A DNA stretch of 64,000 nt from Rhina ancylostomus (Eukaryota), in NCBI GenBank assembly GCA_030265395.1, contig JARFYF010000056.1, positions 17,134,107 through 17,198,106 on the forward strand, read 5' to 3'. This document shows, one piece after another, positions 52,019 to 64,000 of the stretch. Within the stretch, counting starts at the first letter, position 1. Every line of letters starts with the position of its first letter. The notes under the pieces are model-generated. The model saw nothing but the letters and a program-made list of their open reading frames with translations, had not been told where the DNA came from and ran no database searches. The translations under genes and the position numbers were made by a program.

Positions 52019-53500
52019 GTGAGTAGGCACAGCTCTTCCTCACTTGATGTGATCTCTCTGCACTTCCATTCACTTTCGGACTGCATTTTTGCTAGTGCTT
52101 GTGGACACTGGATGAATCTTCTAAATATTTTGCTAGCTTGAAGGATTGAATTGCTATGAAATGGGACACCTATACACTCCGGTCTTAGTGGATGAGGGTG
52201 GTTTTTTTTTCTCTCTTTTTAACTGATGAGAGTGGCATGAAAGTTAGTAAGCCTGACCATTTTGGATGCGTGTCTCTTTTAAAATTATTCATTTGTTGAT
52301 TTCCAGCCAATGCTGCAGGTAGCACATCCTTCTGCTTAAGTTACTTGAAGGAACAAAGCATTCAATCATTTGGATTCATTTTGTTTATCTTCACTGTGCA
52401 GAAAAAGATAATTGCAGGCTGTTTGTAAGTATTGTGTAGTTGGTTTGGTGAAATAATGTGAAATTGTTAGATATCTTGGTAAGTGAAAGTTATCATTTGG
52501 CACACTGATAGGAAATAAAAACCAAAGTTGACCAATCCTTAATAAAGCTATTGAACAAGCAATGTATTTTGATGATTTTGGATGAAGAACTTTAGTTACT
52601 CTCCCTAAAACTTTGAACTTTGAACTTTGCTCTAGGTAAATGCATTATATCTATCAGTAAGTTACTTGAATTAACGAAGATTTGAATTGCTGTATTTGTA
52701 CTGTTATCCTAATACAAAATAACAAACTCATTTGAATCCTGACAGTTATGCCCATATATAAAATCAGTTCTTAATGCATCCAGTGACCATAATAGTTCCA
52801 TATTATTTTAAAATTAATTTGAGTTTGGTTCTCTGTAGTTATCAAGTATAAAATCAAAAATGCAGTGTTTAAGAAAAGTGAAAAGTAACTTTTTAGCATG
52901 AGGGGAAAAGTAGCTGTTAGTGTGTTTCACTCAATTCAAGGGAATTATAAAAATCTAAGTTCATGGAGAACCTACATGAACTTAGATGATTTGAAACTTC
53001 TGTATTGCTAAANNNNNNNNNNNNNNNNNNNNNNNNNNNNNNNNNNNNNNNNNNNNNNNNNNNNNNNNNNNNNNNNNNNNNNNNNNNNNNNNNNNNNNNN
53101 NNNNNNNNNNNNNNNNNNNNNNNNNNNNNNNNNNNNNNNNNNNNNNNNNNNNNNNNNNNNNNNNNNNNNNNNNNNNNNNNNNNNNNNNNNNNNNNNNNNN
53201 NNNNNNNNNNNNNNNNNNNNNNNNNNNNNNNNNNNNNNNNNNNNNNNNNNNNNNNNNNNNNNNNNNNNNNNNNNNNNNNNNNNNNNNNNNNNNNNNNNNN
53301 NNNNNNNNNNNNNNNNNNNNNNNNNNNNNNNNNNNNNNNNNNNNNNNNNNNNNNNNNNNNNNNNNNNNNNNNNNNNNNNNNNNNNNNNNNNNNNNNNNNN
53401 NNNNNNNNNNNNNNNNNNNNNNNNNNNNNNNNNNNNNNNNNNNNNNNNNNNNNNNNNNNNNNNNNNNNNNNNNNNNNNNNNNNNNNNNNNNNNNNNNNNN

Positions 53501-53577
53501 GCAGATGAGGGTTTAATCTAGGACCTTCCATGTCCATGGGAATCTAACTATCTGTTGGGAATTGTCAAATTAATGCA
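53501..53577. repeat. 77-bp perfect direct repeat, copy 1 (copy 2 at 54747-54823)
   Basis: gcagatgagggtttaatctagg...tcaaattaatgca is identical at both sites. Confidence 0.95.
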
Positions 53578-53776
53578 CTGTGAAATGAGGCTGAAGGTAT
53601 TTGTTATATAAAAGGACAAAAGCTGGAAGTACTCAATGGGTCTAGCAGCATCTGTGAAAAGAGAAATAGTTAATGTTTCATGATGAAGACCCTTCATCAG
53701 AACTATTGGAAGTTGTAATGAGAACGGGGGTAATAGAAAGCTGAAATTCATTCTGTAAGTATATACATCACTCCTT

Positions 53777-53826
53777 GAGTCTTAAATGCAATGTTGCTTC
53801 AGAGTCTTAAATGCAATGTTGCTTCA
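53777..53826. repeat. 25-bp perfect tandem duplication
   Basis: gagtcttaaatgcaatgttgcttca x2. Confidence 0.95.
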
Positions 53827-54032
53827 GTGTATGCCTAACTAACATGCAAACAATTATTAATGGGTCAGCATTTTTTCTTTTTGACATCTTTATCAGATTT
53901 CATGTATTTATGAACTTTTTTCTGATGTTGTACATTCAGATAGATTAACTTTGTGTTGTCGTTGCCTTCCATTTAAATGGTTGAGATTGCCTGTTGTTGT
54001 AGAATGATTTTTGTTTCTCATCTCTTCTTCAG

Positions 54033-54231
54033 ATACCAGTCGATTCTGGAACTGGGCACTAAGCGGAAGGATATGCTGGAAAAGAGCTGCAAAAAGTTTA
54101 TGCTTTTCCGTGAAGCCAATGAATTGCAGCAGTGGATCAATGAAAAGGAGGCAGCATTGACCAGTGAAGAGGTGGGGTCTGATCTGGAACAAGTGGAAGG
54201 ACTGCAGAAGAAGTTTGATGATTTCCAGAAA
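54033..54231 (+). CDS. SPTAN1: SPTAN1 exon 24
   Basis: cttcag|A YQSILELGTKRKDMLEKSCKKFMLFREANELQQWINEK...LQKKFDDFQK|gtaagc; 199 nt. Confidence 0.96.
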
Positions 54232-55322
54232 GTAAGCACTATTTCTGAATTACTCTGATAGTGGAGGAGGAAGGAGACCTCCATATCATAACCTAGGTAT
54301 GAATACCGTAGTTTTTGCATTTTTGGCTACTTAGTACATCAACTTGATGGCTAAGTGCTTGTTTCAAATTTTATTTGTTTTACTCTGAATGAAATGAAAT
54401 TTAGAAATCTTAGTTTTTATTTTTAATATTTTCTCACCATCTTTTAAACATGAATGGTCTTTGAAAAGTTATACATCCTCCCTTCTTTGAGCCAATTTCC
54501 CTGGCCCTTCCTAAATGTGCTCTCTTGTGATGGTGCATGAGTGCCCACCACGTTTTCCCAATTTCTATTTATTTACTTGGCGGTTACAAGGCAGTACCTT
54601 GATTCTTAGCAGGTTACCATGTGGTGGGTGACTTCACTACCCGATGTAACCCTTGTCTATAATGCTTATTCTTATGATGTAGTTTCTGGAGCAGGGGCCC
54701 TCATTGATTCCCTAACCTTACCACTTTAACTTGCTGCCAACTTTGTGCAGATGAGGGTTTAATCTAGGACCTTCCATGTCCATGGGAATCTAACTATCTG
54801 TTGGGAATTGTCAAATTAATGCAGCAGTAGAGTGGTAAAAATATAACGTAAGTTCAGTGGTAGAACCGAGCTCTATGAAGTGCTAATCTGTTACTACAAG
54901 ATATCTTAAGAGATATTCACCTTTTCACAAATAGAATATTCTGAAATGATTTCTGGAGGAGGTAGGAAAAGAATACCCTTTGTTCAGTAGCATCCTGAAC
55001 CTGAAAAGCCTATCAATCTTGTCAAATGGAAGCAAGAGTCTTAAAATTATTAGGGAAGTGCAGTTCAAAGAAGCTGTTTTTGGCTTACATGAACGTGTAA
55101 AAGAAAAAATGTGCTTTCTGCTTCTGTAATTCATATATTTCAGTTGTTATCAACCATAGGCCAACTCCTTGACTCTATTGCTATCTTGCTTTCTCCTCTT
55201 AGCACATTTTCTGGTTCAAATGTTTATCCAGTTTCCTGCTTGTGGCAATATTGATGTGATCGTGACATATAAAATGTTGTTCAGATCAGTGAAGTTGTTA
55301 ATTTAGGCAATTTATTTTTAAG

Positions 55323-55421
55323 GATCTGAAAGCCAATGAATCTCGCTTGCAAGATATTAACAAGGTGGCAAATGATCTGGAGTCGGAGGGTCTGATGGCT
55401 GAAGAAGTACAAGTAGCTCAG
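55323..55421 (+). CDS. SPTAN1: SPTAN1 exon 25
   Basis: tttaag|DLKANESRLQDINKVANDLESEGLMAEEVQVAQ|gtaatg; 99 nt. Confidence 0.95.
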
Positions 55422-55609
55422 GTAATGTAGCATTTCATTCACACCTCAGTAATACCTTGTCAAGCCAGATGAGTACTATTTACAAACTTAGAATTATTTC
55501 TCAAGTATTAGGGTTTTCATTTGTATGTCTCAGCAGTATACCTGAATACCCTCTTCTGTTCTGTCTTTGGTTTATTTTGCCACTGTTTGTTCTATGTGCT
55601 AATTAGCAA

Positions 55610-57300
55610 GATTCAGAAGGAACACAAAAACATAAGGAATAGGAACAGGGGCAGGCCATCTACTCCATTTTAACATGATCATGGCTGATTCAATGTTGGC
55701 CTTATCGTCATTTCTCTCTCCTCATACTCCTTAACTTGCTTGCAGTTCAGAAGTCTGTTGGTCTTCATCTAGAATGAATTTGATGGCTCTGCCTCCACAG
55801 CTCACTCATTTAATCTAACCTTGCCCATTTTGGAGGCTCTTTTGTGCCCTCCTCACAACTTGCTAATTCACCTATCTTTGTATCATCAAATTTGGCTCAA
55901 GTCATCAATATAGATTATAATATAGTTGAGGCTCCTGCACTGATCCTTGTGGCACCCCACTAGTTACTGATTACTAATCTGAAATTGACCCTAGCATCCT
56001 GACAGAAAAAACTGGCAGTTAGCTGATATCCTGTCCGTGTCAATATACTGTCCCAGTCCCATGCTCTATATTTGGCATCTTAATTAATGCCTTCTGGAAA
56101 TCCAGGTACACCACTGATTCCTCATCTTCAAGGAACCTTGGCAGATTTGTCAGATATGATTTCTCCATGAAAGAACAATATTTACTTCTAGATTGTCTTA
56201 TGATTTTTTAAAATGTCTTGTGATTTACCCCCTTGTTAAGGGATTCCATCAGTTTTCCAACGATAGATGTCAGACTAATTGGCCAGTTTCCTGCTCTCTG
56301 TCTCATTCTTGAATGTTGGAGTTNNNNNNNNNNNNNNNNNNNNNNNNNNNNNNNNNNNNNNNNNNNNNNNNNNNNNNNNNNNNNNNNNNNNNNNNNNNNN
56401 NNNNNNNNNNNNNNNNNNNNNNNCTTGTTGCAGTGGTTCAAGAACCACTACCTCCTCTCAAGGGCAACTGGGGATGGGCAACAAAGAAATGAATATTAAA
56501 AAAATGAGAGCATATTCTGTGTTGGCCCTACAATAGTCATAACGTTACATTTAAGTTTTATTTGTTATCTGGGACTCTAGAATGGAAGGCTTTTGGTAGA
56601 TTGTAACAAAGCATACATAATCTTTACAGCCACTTACTTTAAAACCTTATGATACAGGCCATCAGAGCCAGGGGAGTTGTCAGCTTTAATTCCCATTAGT
56701 TTGATCAGTATTCTTTTTTTAAAATTGGTAAAGATAGTTTTAACTTTTTCCCTCCTTGCAGAGCCTTCTTATTTGTTATTATTTGATCTTTTAAGTGTCT
56801 TCCATTGTAAAGGCAGATCTAAAATAATTATTTAGAATTTCTGCCTTTTTCTATCTTTCCATTTTATTAATTCCCTAGTCTAGTCCTCTAATATTTATTT
56901 TATCTACTGTCTTTTTGTATTGCTGTAGAACCTTCTGCTTACTGTCTTGATTTTCTATTATTTGTTAGTTTACTCTCTTGTTCTTCCTCTTGTAATTTTA
57001 GTAATATTTTGCTGGTTTCTAAAATTCTCTGGCTGCTACTAATCTTTACAAAAGCGTATGTCTTTCAATTTGATGCCAACCTTAATTCACTTAGCCATGG
57101 ATAATGCATCCTTCTTGTAGAGCCTTTCGTTCTCACTGGAATAAACTTTTTCAGATTTGTGATGTGTCTGTCTCTAATGTCTGCTGCTGCTATCTACTGC
57201 CCACATACCACTTCATTTGACTTTAGTTATGTTTAGGGCAAAGGTTTCAGACCCGAGCTGAGTTTGTAATTTTACCATGCTATAATCCCTTTTCAAGGGA
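55610..57300 (-). mobile_element. Long decayed CR1 LINE (several segments, includes an N gap)
   Basis: Tail aacataaggaataggaacaggggcaggccat; NWPISLTSIVGKLMESL (decayed NYRPISLTSVVGKILES). Confidence 0.75.
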
Positions 57301-57840
57301 ATCCTTAACTATATAATCAGATTAGATTAGAGCTTCAAGTCTTTCTGTATTTGGCCAGTACTCTGCTGTCCCTCCTGTTTGGTGTCATCAGCACGCTTGG
57401 AGGTTTTTAACTCTTTTTCTTTTAATTCATTTAGTTTATATATAAGAAACAGCTGCAGGATGATCTCTATTCCCCACTATTTGCAATGTTGGCTCTTCCA
57501 GGGAAAAATTCCTTTGCTGCTTCTGCTTTACTCAATGTTATACCTGTAGTTTGCTTTCCATTTGCTAAAGCTAGTCCTTTAAAGTATGGCAATAAATGTT
57601 GTTCCGTATTTCCTGTTGAAAGACTTGTTTTTATCGGAATTCACATTTCCTGTTTTGCTGCTATCTGTGTCATTTCTGGAATCCAGGTGAGAAGGAAACT
57701 TCAACTCTGATAAACCATCTTTTTCTTGGATTTTAAATTAGATATTGGTGTCCTTCAAATTTGTCTTTCGCCAGTAGATTTGGAGTCTTGAACCAGTTAC
57801 CTATTTATCTCTGAATTTTTTTTGTCGTTCCTTTTTTCAG

Positions 57841-57879
57841 GAACAACATGTTCTATCATCTGCTCCTGGAGTTGTCAAG
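57841..57879 (+). CDS. SPTAN1: SPTAN1 exon 26 (first microexon of the calpain/caspase/calmodulin insert), divergent
   Basis: Strong acceptor gttccttttttcag|EQHVLSSAPGVVK|gtatga; 39 nt, phase 0-0, the only such candidate I found between exons 25 and 27. Confidence 0.75.
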
Positions 57880-58609
57880 GTATGAATCCTAATATTTAAA
57901 TGAGTTAATTATATGAAGGAGAAACATCATTTGTATTATTTGCAGCAGTTAACTTGGCTATAAATTGTAGCAGCATAGTTTCAATCTATAGACTGATATA
58001 AACAAGAGGATTGAGTGTAGAAATTCTAATGCATTCAAAGGTCTTTGGACCATAGATTACATTGTTCATGGGTTCCTTGCTGCAAACTTCGATTGCATGG
58101 AGGATGAAAGGATGGCCTGTGGTCTTGGAGTTGTTAAGTGTGTGGCTATGAGTCTGTGCCCATGATTGAAGCACTATACTGTGATAATGGGATTGTTGGG
58201 GAGTGATTGGTATTGTGGGGGGAAGAAAAGGATTGGGCCAGTCTTTTGATTAGAAATTAGGGAAGTGGGATCAGGACAGACCAATTTTCAGTAGAGTGCA
58301 GGAGAGAAATTAAAAACCTGTGCTATCACTTGTGGCGTGGGCTTGTAGTGTAAGGGATTGGGGTCCAGGATTGGGCTAGTGGTGGGGAGGTGAATTTGGG
58401 ATAGAGGTCACCATTGAGAAGGTGCATGTTGGGCAATCAGAGTGTCTGTGCCAGGGCCTTGGGAGATCATAGTATTAGGGCTAGGGATTCAGAGAGATAG
58501 TGGGAAATATGTAGAAGAGGTATTGTGGTCAGTATAATGTGATTGTGCTACAGGTAAACCTGGCCAGAACAGTTTTAAGGTAAATGTGGAACTTTGCTGA
58601 CATGGGTCC

Positions 58610-59470
58610 AAATCTAACAAAAATAGAAAAAGCCAGAAGCAGGTAGGGAGAAACAAAATTAATGGTTCAGATCAATGACCCTTCCTCAGAATTGGAAACG
58701 TAAGGAAAAAAAATGCATTTTAAGTTCAAAGGGGGGGAGTGACGGAGAGCAGGGAGAAATGTCTGATGGGTGCAGAGCAAAGCTGTCAAGGTAATCATTA
58801 TTTTAAATACCAGCAGTTAGAGATGAAAGAAAAGAAACAAAGCACAAATTGTAAGAAAAATATTCAATTTCTGTGAAGAGAAGAGTGGGGTTGGGGTTAA
58901 ATAAGCTGCTTACCTGAAATTTTTTAATTTGCTATTTGGTCCTGAGAGATGTGGTGGCCCAGACAAAAGAACTTGCTTTGGAGCAGTGTAGGCGGTCAAA
59001 GGGACAGAAAATTAAAGTAACAGGCAGCCCTTATATCAGAACAGTTGATTTGGACAATCTTGTCATCAGAGCTGATACAACAGAGCTGGGGTGACTGGGA
59101 GAATAGAATGAAGACCTTTCAGTAAACTGGGTTGGAGGAAGTGTAGTCCAATTTGCTGCAAGAATCTGTGAGCTGGGCTTGTAAGTGATATTGGTTACTA
59201 ACCATCATCTCCTGAGATAGAAATGTCAAGATAGGGAATGGAAGATATGGACTATGTGAAAATGAAAACATGGTGGAAATTGGCAGTAAACTTTGTGAAA
59301 TTTTTGAGTTCTGTACATGTACAGGAAGCAGCACCAATATAGTTCTCAATGGAGTGGAACAAGTTATGAGAAAGGGCTTGAATAGGACTGAAATAAGAAC
59401 TAGATCACATATCCCATGAAGTCATGGGCACAACTTGAGCCCATAGCTACACCTTAACCAGTCATCCTTC
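58610..59470 (-). mobile_element. Penelope-like remnant
   Basis: Same terminal motif (ttcagatcaatgacccttcctcagaa) and a decayed RT-like stretch (gcaccaatatagttctcaat...cccatagctacacc). Confidence 0.5.
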
Positions 59471-60445
59471 AGCAAACATGTTGTCACATAAGCACTGGAT
59501 ATCTGATTCATACACATTGTTCCAGGAAGGATTAGGCTTTTTGTATATATGTATAAAAATAATATATATGTATCATTTATATATAATATAATACAATGAA
59601 ATATATAATATTATAATATAATATTCATATTGCCCTGACCCCACTTCCCTCCTATCCCCCACATCCTACTTTAACTCTTTGTAGCCATAGGCGTTGGCAG
59701 GACAGGCAGTAGGCTGTCTAATACAGCATTTGGTTTGGAAAAAGGGGTCTGTAGCAAGAATTGGTGGGGAACAGAGGGGGAAATAGATGATCATGTGCTC
59801 CAACTTCCAAGGCTTCAATGTGGTGGGCTAGGAATCTGAGGCAACATGTTAGCCATGTATTATTTGTACAAGGAAATGTAGACTGCTTTACTTTTTGTTT
59901 TGAATATTATTTCCCCCCCTCCATTTAAAGCATTAAATTTCTGTGCTATTCTGAGGTTGTGTTATCATTTGTGTTCATGATGATTAAGTAACATTTAGTT
60001 TATATTTAGACTAGACTTGAACTTTGCAACCTGCTATTGGTTTTATTGTCTCATATTTTGGTATTTGTGCAAATGAAGGTGTATTTACAAGGACAGAAAA
60101 TGCTCTGGTGTGATTTTTCTTCAGAAGTTAATATATTTAGGCCAATGTTCCATGAGGGCAAAAATAATTGAGGATGGTTCGTATGAATAGTTTATCTTGT
60201 TGATTTCCTATCTTAACACAGTATTTACTTAAATACTGCATCAAAATAGTATTGGGCACAATTTGATAGAATCAATTGAAAGAGAACATTGTAATTTATA
60301 TCTTGTTTAAATCCACATTGGACATGTACTGAATACATTTTTGTGATTCAAACCATATTGATATAATGGCTACATTAGTTTGTATTCAACTTTTATTTTC
60401 TGTATTTTCTCACTAAAAAGACTTGTAATTTATTTTCACCCAAAG

Positions 60446-60481
60446 GATGAAGCTGATTCAAAAACTGCATCTCCATGGAAG
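60446..60481 (+). CDS. SPTAN1: SPTAN1 exon 27 (caspase-site microexon)
   Basis: ccaaag|DEADSKTASPWK|gtatga; 36 nt; human DETDSKTASPWK. Confidence 0.93.
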
Positions 60482-62398
60482 GTATGAATTTTCTTTTCAA
60501 GGATTGTGTGCTATTTTCCTGAAAAAAGACCTGGTTTGTACTATTTTTTCATTTTTCAGAGGCCAACAGTAGTTTTAATTCTACCAGATAAGATTCATTT
60601 TTTTTTATGTGGCCTCTTTCAAAATTCTTTTTTTTGAATTTGATTTTCAAAATTCAAAACCTGCTTCAGCCAAGGCCACTGTTTTACAGTGACTGGAGGG
60701 GGGAGAAAGTGGATATTTTTATTCTTTTGTACTGGTCTTTAATCATTTCTTTCAAATGTTCAAAAGTTGTATATTGGTAGCTTTGCTTATTGCTTATTAA
60801 ATTTTGCCATTAGTATGGACTACATGGCCTGAAATAAATACCCTTGATGAATTTCATCTTGATATCTTACTGTCATTCAATCTATTTCTTTAGGATAAAT
60901 TGGTGTACAGACAAAGTAAAAGTTAAGACACTTCTGTTGGTAGCTTGACAGGACTTTCTTCAGCTTTGTTCTCATCACTGATTTTGATGTATCATTAGCT
61001 TTCAATGGAATCCATGATTCTGAAGGGAGGTGGTGACAATCTAATTTCTATAGGAATAGTCAGCAACTCTTTAATTGAGCGAATCTCTTTCATAAACAGG
61101 AATTACACTATCATCCCAAAATGCTTAGCAGTATTTCAGGCACTTGTAATTTTTTCAGTCATGACTACAAACTTCTGTTTTTTTTAAAAAAAAACCTGGA
61201 TTTTCAATGACTGCTTACTAATAATTTTACCTATTACTTTCTCATTTCTGCTGTGATACAGTCCTGTTCACAGAAGCACATGATCCAATTTTTATGAATA
61301 ATTGCTTTTGTCCTTTCAACACTTTTTTTTCATCTTGGATGTTGATATGTGACCAGCTGTACAGATTTGAAAGTTTTAAGTACCGCTACAGGAAGTGGCT
61401 GTGTTAAATATTAGAGATCCATTTAAGGTGAAGCTAGATCAATAAGAGAAAAAAAAGAATAGTTGGCTATGCTGCTACGTTCACATGAAGAGGGGTGGGA
61501 GGTGGCATGTGTGGACCCTGGATTAGTTGGACTTAATGGCCTCTTTTTGTTCTCTGCCTTGTATGCATTTTTGTTAACCTCCCAGGAATATTTTGATGTT
61601 ACAGTGATATTTAAATTTAAGGAAACACATTAATTTTGCTTCGTTAGGTTTGAGATATTTTTGTCCTTTTGGTTTTTCTCCTCCGTTCAGTTATAGAAGG
61701 GGAGTAACATTAAAATACCTAGTGACCTTCACTGTAAAGTGAACATCTCATGGTGTAAATGAGCTCTGCTCCAATAATCTCAATGTTTGGCTAGTTTGGT
61801 CCATGTCTAGCTTTATATACATAAATGAACTCTTGAGTGTTTTTGTTTGTGAGAACATTTTCCAGCAAAACTAAATGTCATATGGAAAGAAGGGAAAGAA
61901 ATTAAGAAGCACTTCATGACTAAGTACCACACTGTATCTTGCAGTACTGTAAACTTAAGCACAATTGAATCTTCTATTTGCTTCCAACTTAAGACTAAGG
62001 AACTGGCAAAACTGTTGACTTTTCTTTGCAAATCAAAACATTAAAATGCTTTTATTTGTGGAAGAGCTCCCATAATTTGTTATTCCCATCTAATCATTAC
62101 ACATGTCTACCTTAACCTGGTGCTTGTGATTCATAATTTATTGTGACGTTGGCCTAGAAAGGGTTTATTAATTGTCAATATAGATAGGTTAATGGTGTGG
62201 GGTAGAACCTGCATTTCCCATTCTGCATTGGTTCGTGCAGCCTACAGAAGAGTCTAAATGAATTGATGTTGATCTCTTGTAAGCCATGTTCTGTTGGTTG
62301 GAAATAAGGATATTTCTAATTTTAACATTTTCTCTTTACTAACTGATGGATCGTGATTGGTTTGGTTTTCTGCTGCTGTGATTCATCGTGGCGATTAG

Positions 62399-62446
62399 AC
62401 TGCACGACTGATGATGCAAACGGTGACTAACTTTAATGCCATCAAG
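62399..62446 (+). CDS. SPTAN1: SPTAN1 exon 28 (calmodulin-binding microexon)
   Basis: gattag|TARLMMQTVTNFNAIK|gtgaga; 48 nt; human SARLMVHTVATFNSIK. Confidence 0.92.
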
Positions 62447-63488
62447 GTGAGAACTGATGGATCTTCTGCTTTCTGTCACTACCCCTTAGGTTTCACATGC
62501 AGTGCTGGGCTTCTCATTGTACTACGTTCATTTGATGAAAGTGCACTGTTGTACTGTGATTTTGGTTACCTGCACCTGTGGTCCAGCTACGATACTGTGC
62601 TCTTCTCATACTTTATCCGTATTGCACAATAAGCTTGTCATGCATTGCAAAAGACTTTGGAACATGTGCCAATTTTTAAACTGAGCTAAATTGCTGAGTA
62701 ATAGTGATATTGAGTTTTGGTGTCATAAGTTAACCCTTTGCATCAATTGTGCTTTTTCTGTGCATATGTATTAATTTTGCAACATCATTGAGAAGTAGCT
62801 GTACTTCAGGGGTATAGAAGTAAAATGTTTAAACATAATATGTAAGAGCATTTCTATGAAAAGGATTATGATAAATATAAAATCCTAGAAATTATCTCAC
62901 AGTCTACACAGGTGAATTTATGATGTAGCTGACTGTCCCACACAAAAATACTACTCTGCTTTAAGGTTATTTGGTCTGAGTATTCATTGTAGATAAGTGG
63001 AGGCCAGTGGGCATGCACAGAGACTTTAATCAGCAATGCTCAATTAATGTCACTTTCATATACTTCTCATGAACTGAATGGGCTCTAAGTCACTGAAGTA
63101 GGTCCTAACCAGCAAGTTGAAACTTGCTTCTAGATAATAAGGCCTATACCCATCAGCTTCCATCCATCCCCTCCTGTGCTATGATTCTATGGCACCTTGA
63201 AGCTTTCCTCAAACTTGAGCTCATCCCGTGCGCCACCTTCTAGCTCCCACCCTTACATTTCCTACAACAAATGAAAGTCCCGATGATGATCAGTGCAAGG
63301 ACAATAAAGTTTCCTGTGATTGAAGTGGAAGATCTAGTGGAAATGGAATTTTAATAAATCAAACACCTATATCTAGATTCTTGAATTATATGTTTAAAAT
63401 GTAATAGTTTAAACTATTGAAAGGATTAAATCTGTAGTGATATTTCTGTGAAGATTTGGTTGATTTTTATCTTTCTATTTTTTGTCAG

Positions 63489-63580
63489 GAACTGAATGAA
63501 CGCTGGAAGTCACTGCAACAACTGGCTGAGGAACGCAGCCAGATCTTGGGAAGTGCACATGAGGTACAGAGATTCCACAG
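63489..63580 (+). CDS. SPTAN1: SPTAN1 exon 29
   Basis: tgtcag|[30 protein letters not shown](R)|gtgagt; 92 nt. Confidence 0.96.
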
Positions 63581-63753
63581 GTGAGTAGCTGTGTTAGATT
63601 AAGAGGATTGAAATGCAGGGTTCTGTTGTATTCGCATTCTTTTTTTAACTGCAAGTCTATTTAAAAATTCAATTTAATTTAGTAAGATTGACTTAACAGT
63701 TATTTCTGTGCAAATTAATAATTGTTTAAAATATTTATGTTGTTATTTTGCAG

Positions 63754-63898
63754 AGATGCTGATGAAACCAAGGAATGGATTGAAGAGAAAAACCAAGCTC
63801 TGAACACAGATAATTATGGACATGACCTAGCAAGTGTCCAGGCTCTGCAGCGCAAACATGAGGGATTTGAACGGGACCTTGCTGCTCTCGGAGATAAA
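63754..63898 (+). CDS. SPTAN1: SPTAN1 exon 30 (gene continues beyond the window)
   Basis: ttgcag|[48 protein letters not shown]|gtgagc; 145 nt. Confidence 0.96.
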
Positions 63899-64000
63899 GT
63901 GAGCTATAATTTTGGTCTGTTTAAAAATATCACTGTCTGTAATTCTTTCAGAAAATAGTTTGTTCCTGCCATACTCAATGGCAGGCTTATTTGGCCAAAT

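Noticed and set aside
57640-57695. ccag|gtgaga as an extra microexon boundary upstream of exon 26
   Set aside because: No matching partner splice site giving a credible in-frame exon
60540-60580. Strong-looking acceptor ttttttcatttttcag after exon 27
   Set aside because: The phase-0 frame stops after three codons and there is no good donor nearby

Overview
Eukaryotic (vertebrate) genomic DNA from a gapped draft assembly. The repeat content (CR1, L2, Penelope-like and Tx1-like LINEs; HE1/V-SINE-like and DeuSINE/SacSINE1-like SINEs) points to a cartilaginous fish; this is inference. Two + strand genes lie in tandem, as at human 9q34. First come the last two exons of GLE1 (1689-1752, 4624-4692). 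Then comes the 5' part of SPTAN1 (alpha-II spectrin): a CpG-rich promoter and non-coding exon 1 at about 12.6-12.9 kb, ATG at 21682, and 30 coding exons traced by hand to 63898, with the gene continuing past the window. All exons splice in frame. I found no prokaryotic-type system (CRISPR, operon). The notable observations are at the gene-structure level. (1) A hidden 41-nt exon in intron 1 would add an in-frame basic N-terminal extension (MSSFRKTKLQK). (2) An extra intron splits the first coding exon relative to human. (3) The exon at the mammalian calpain/Src site (EVYGMMPR) is replaced by a tyrosine-free 13-aa exon. (4) One intron is GC-AG. (5) The 60-nt SH3-insert exon sits behind a QKI/RBFOX/MBNL motif cluster. 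(6) A young-looking Tx1-like LINE is nested in a CR1. (7) A perfect 77-bp duplication abuts an assembly gap. Exon numbers follow the human gene. Comparisons with human sequences and repeat families are from memory and need alignment. Repeat boundaries are approximate.
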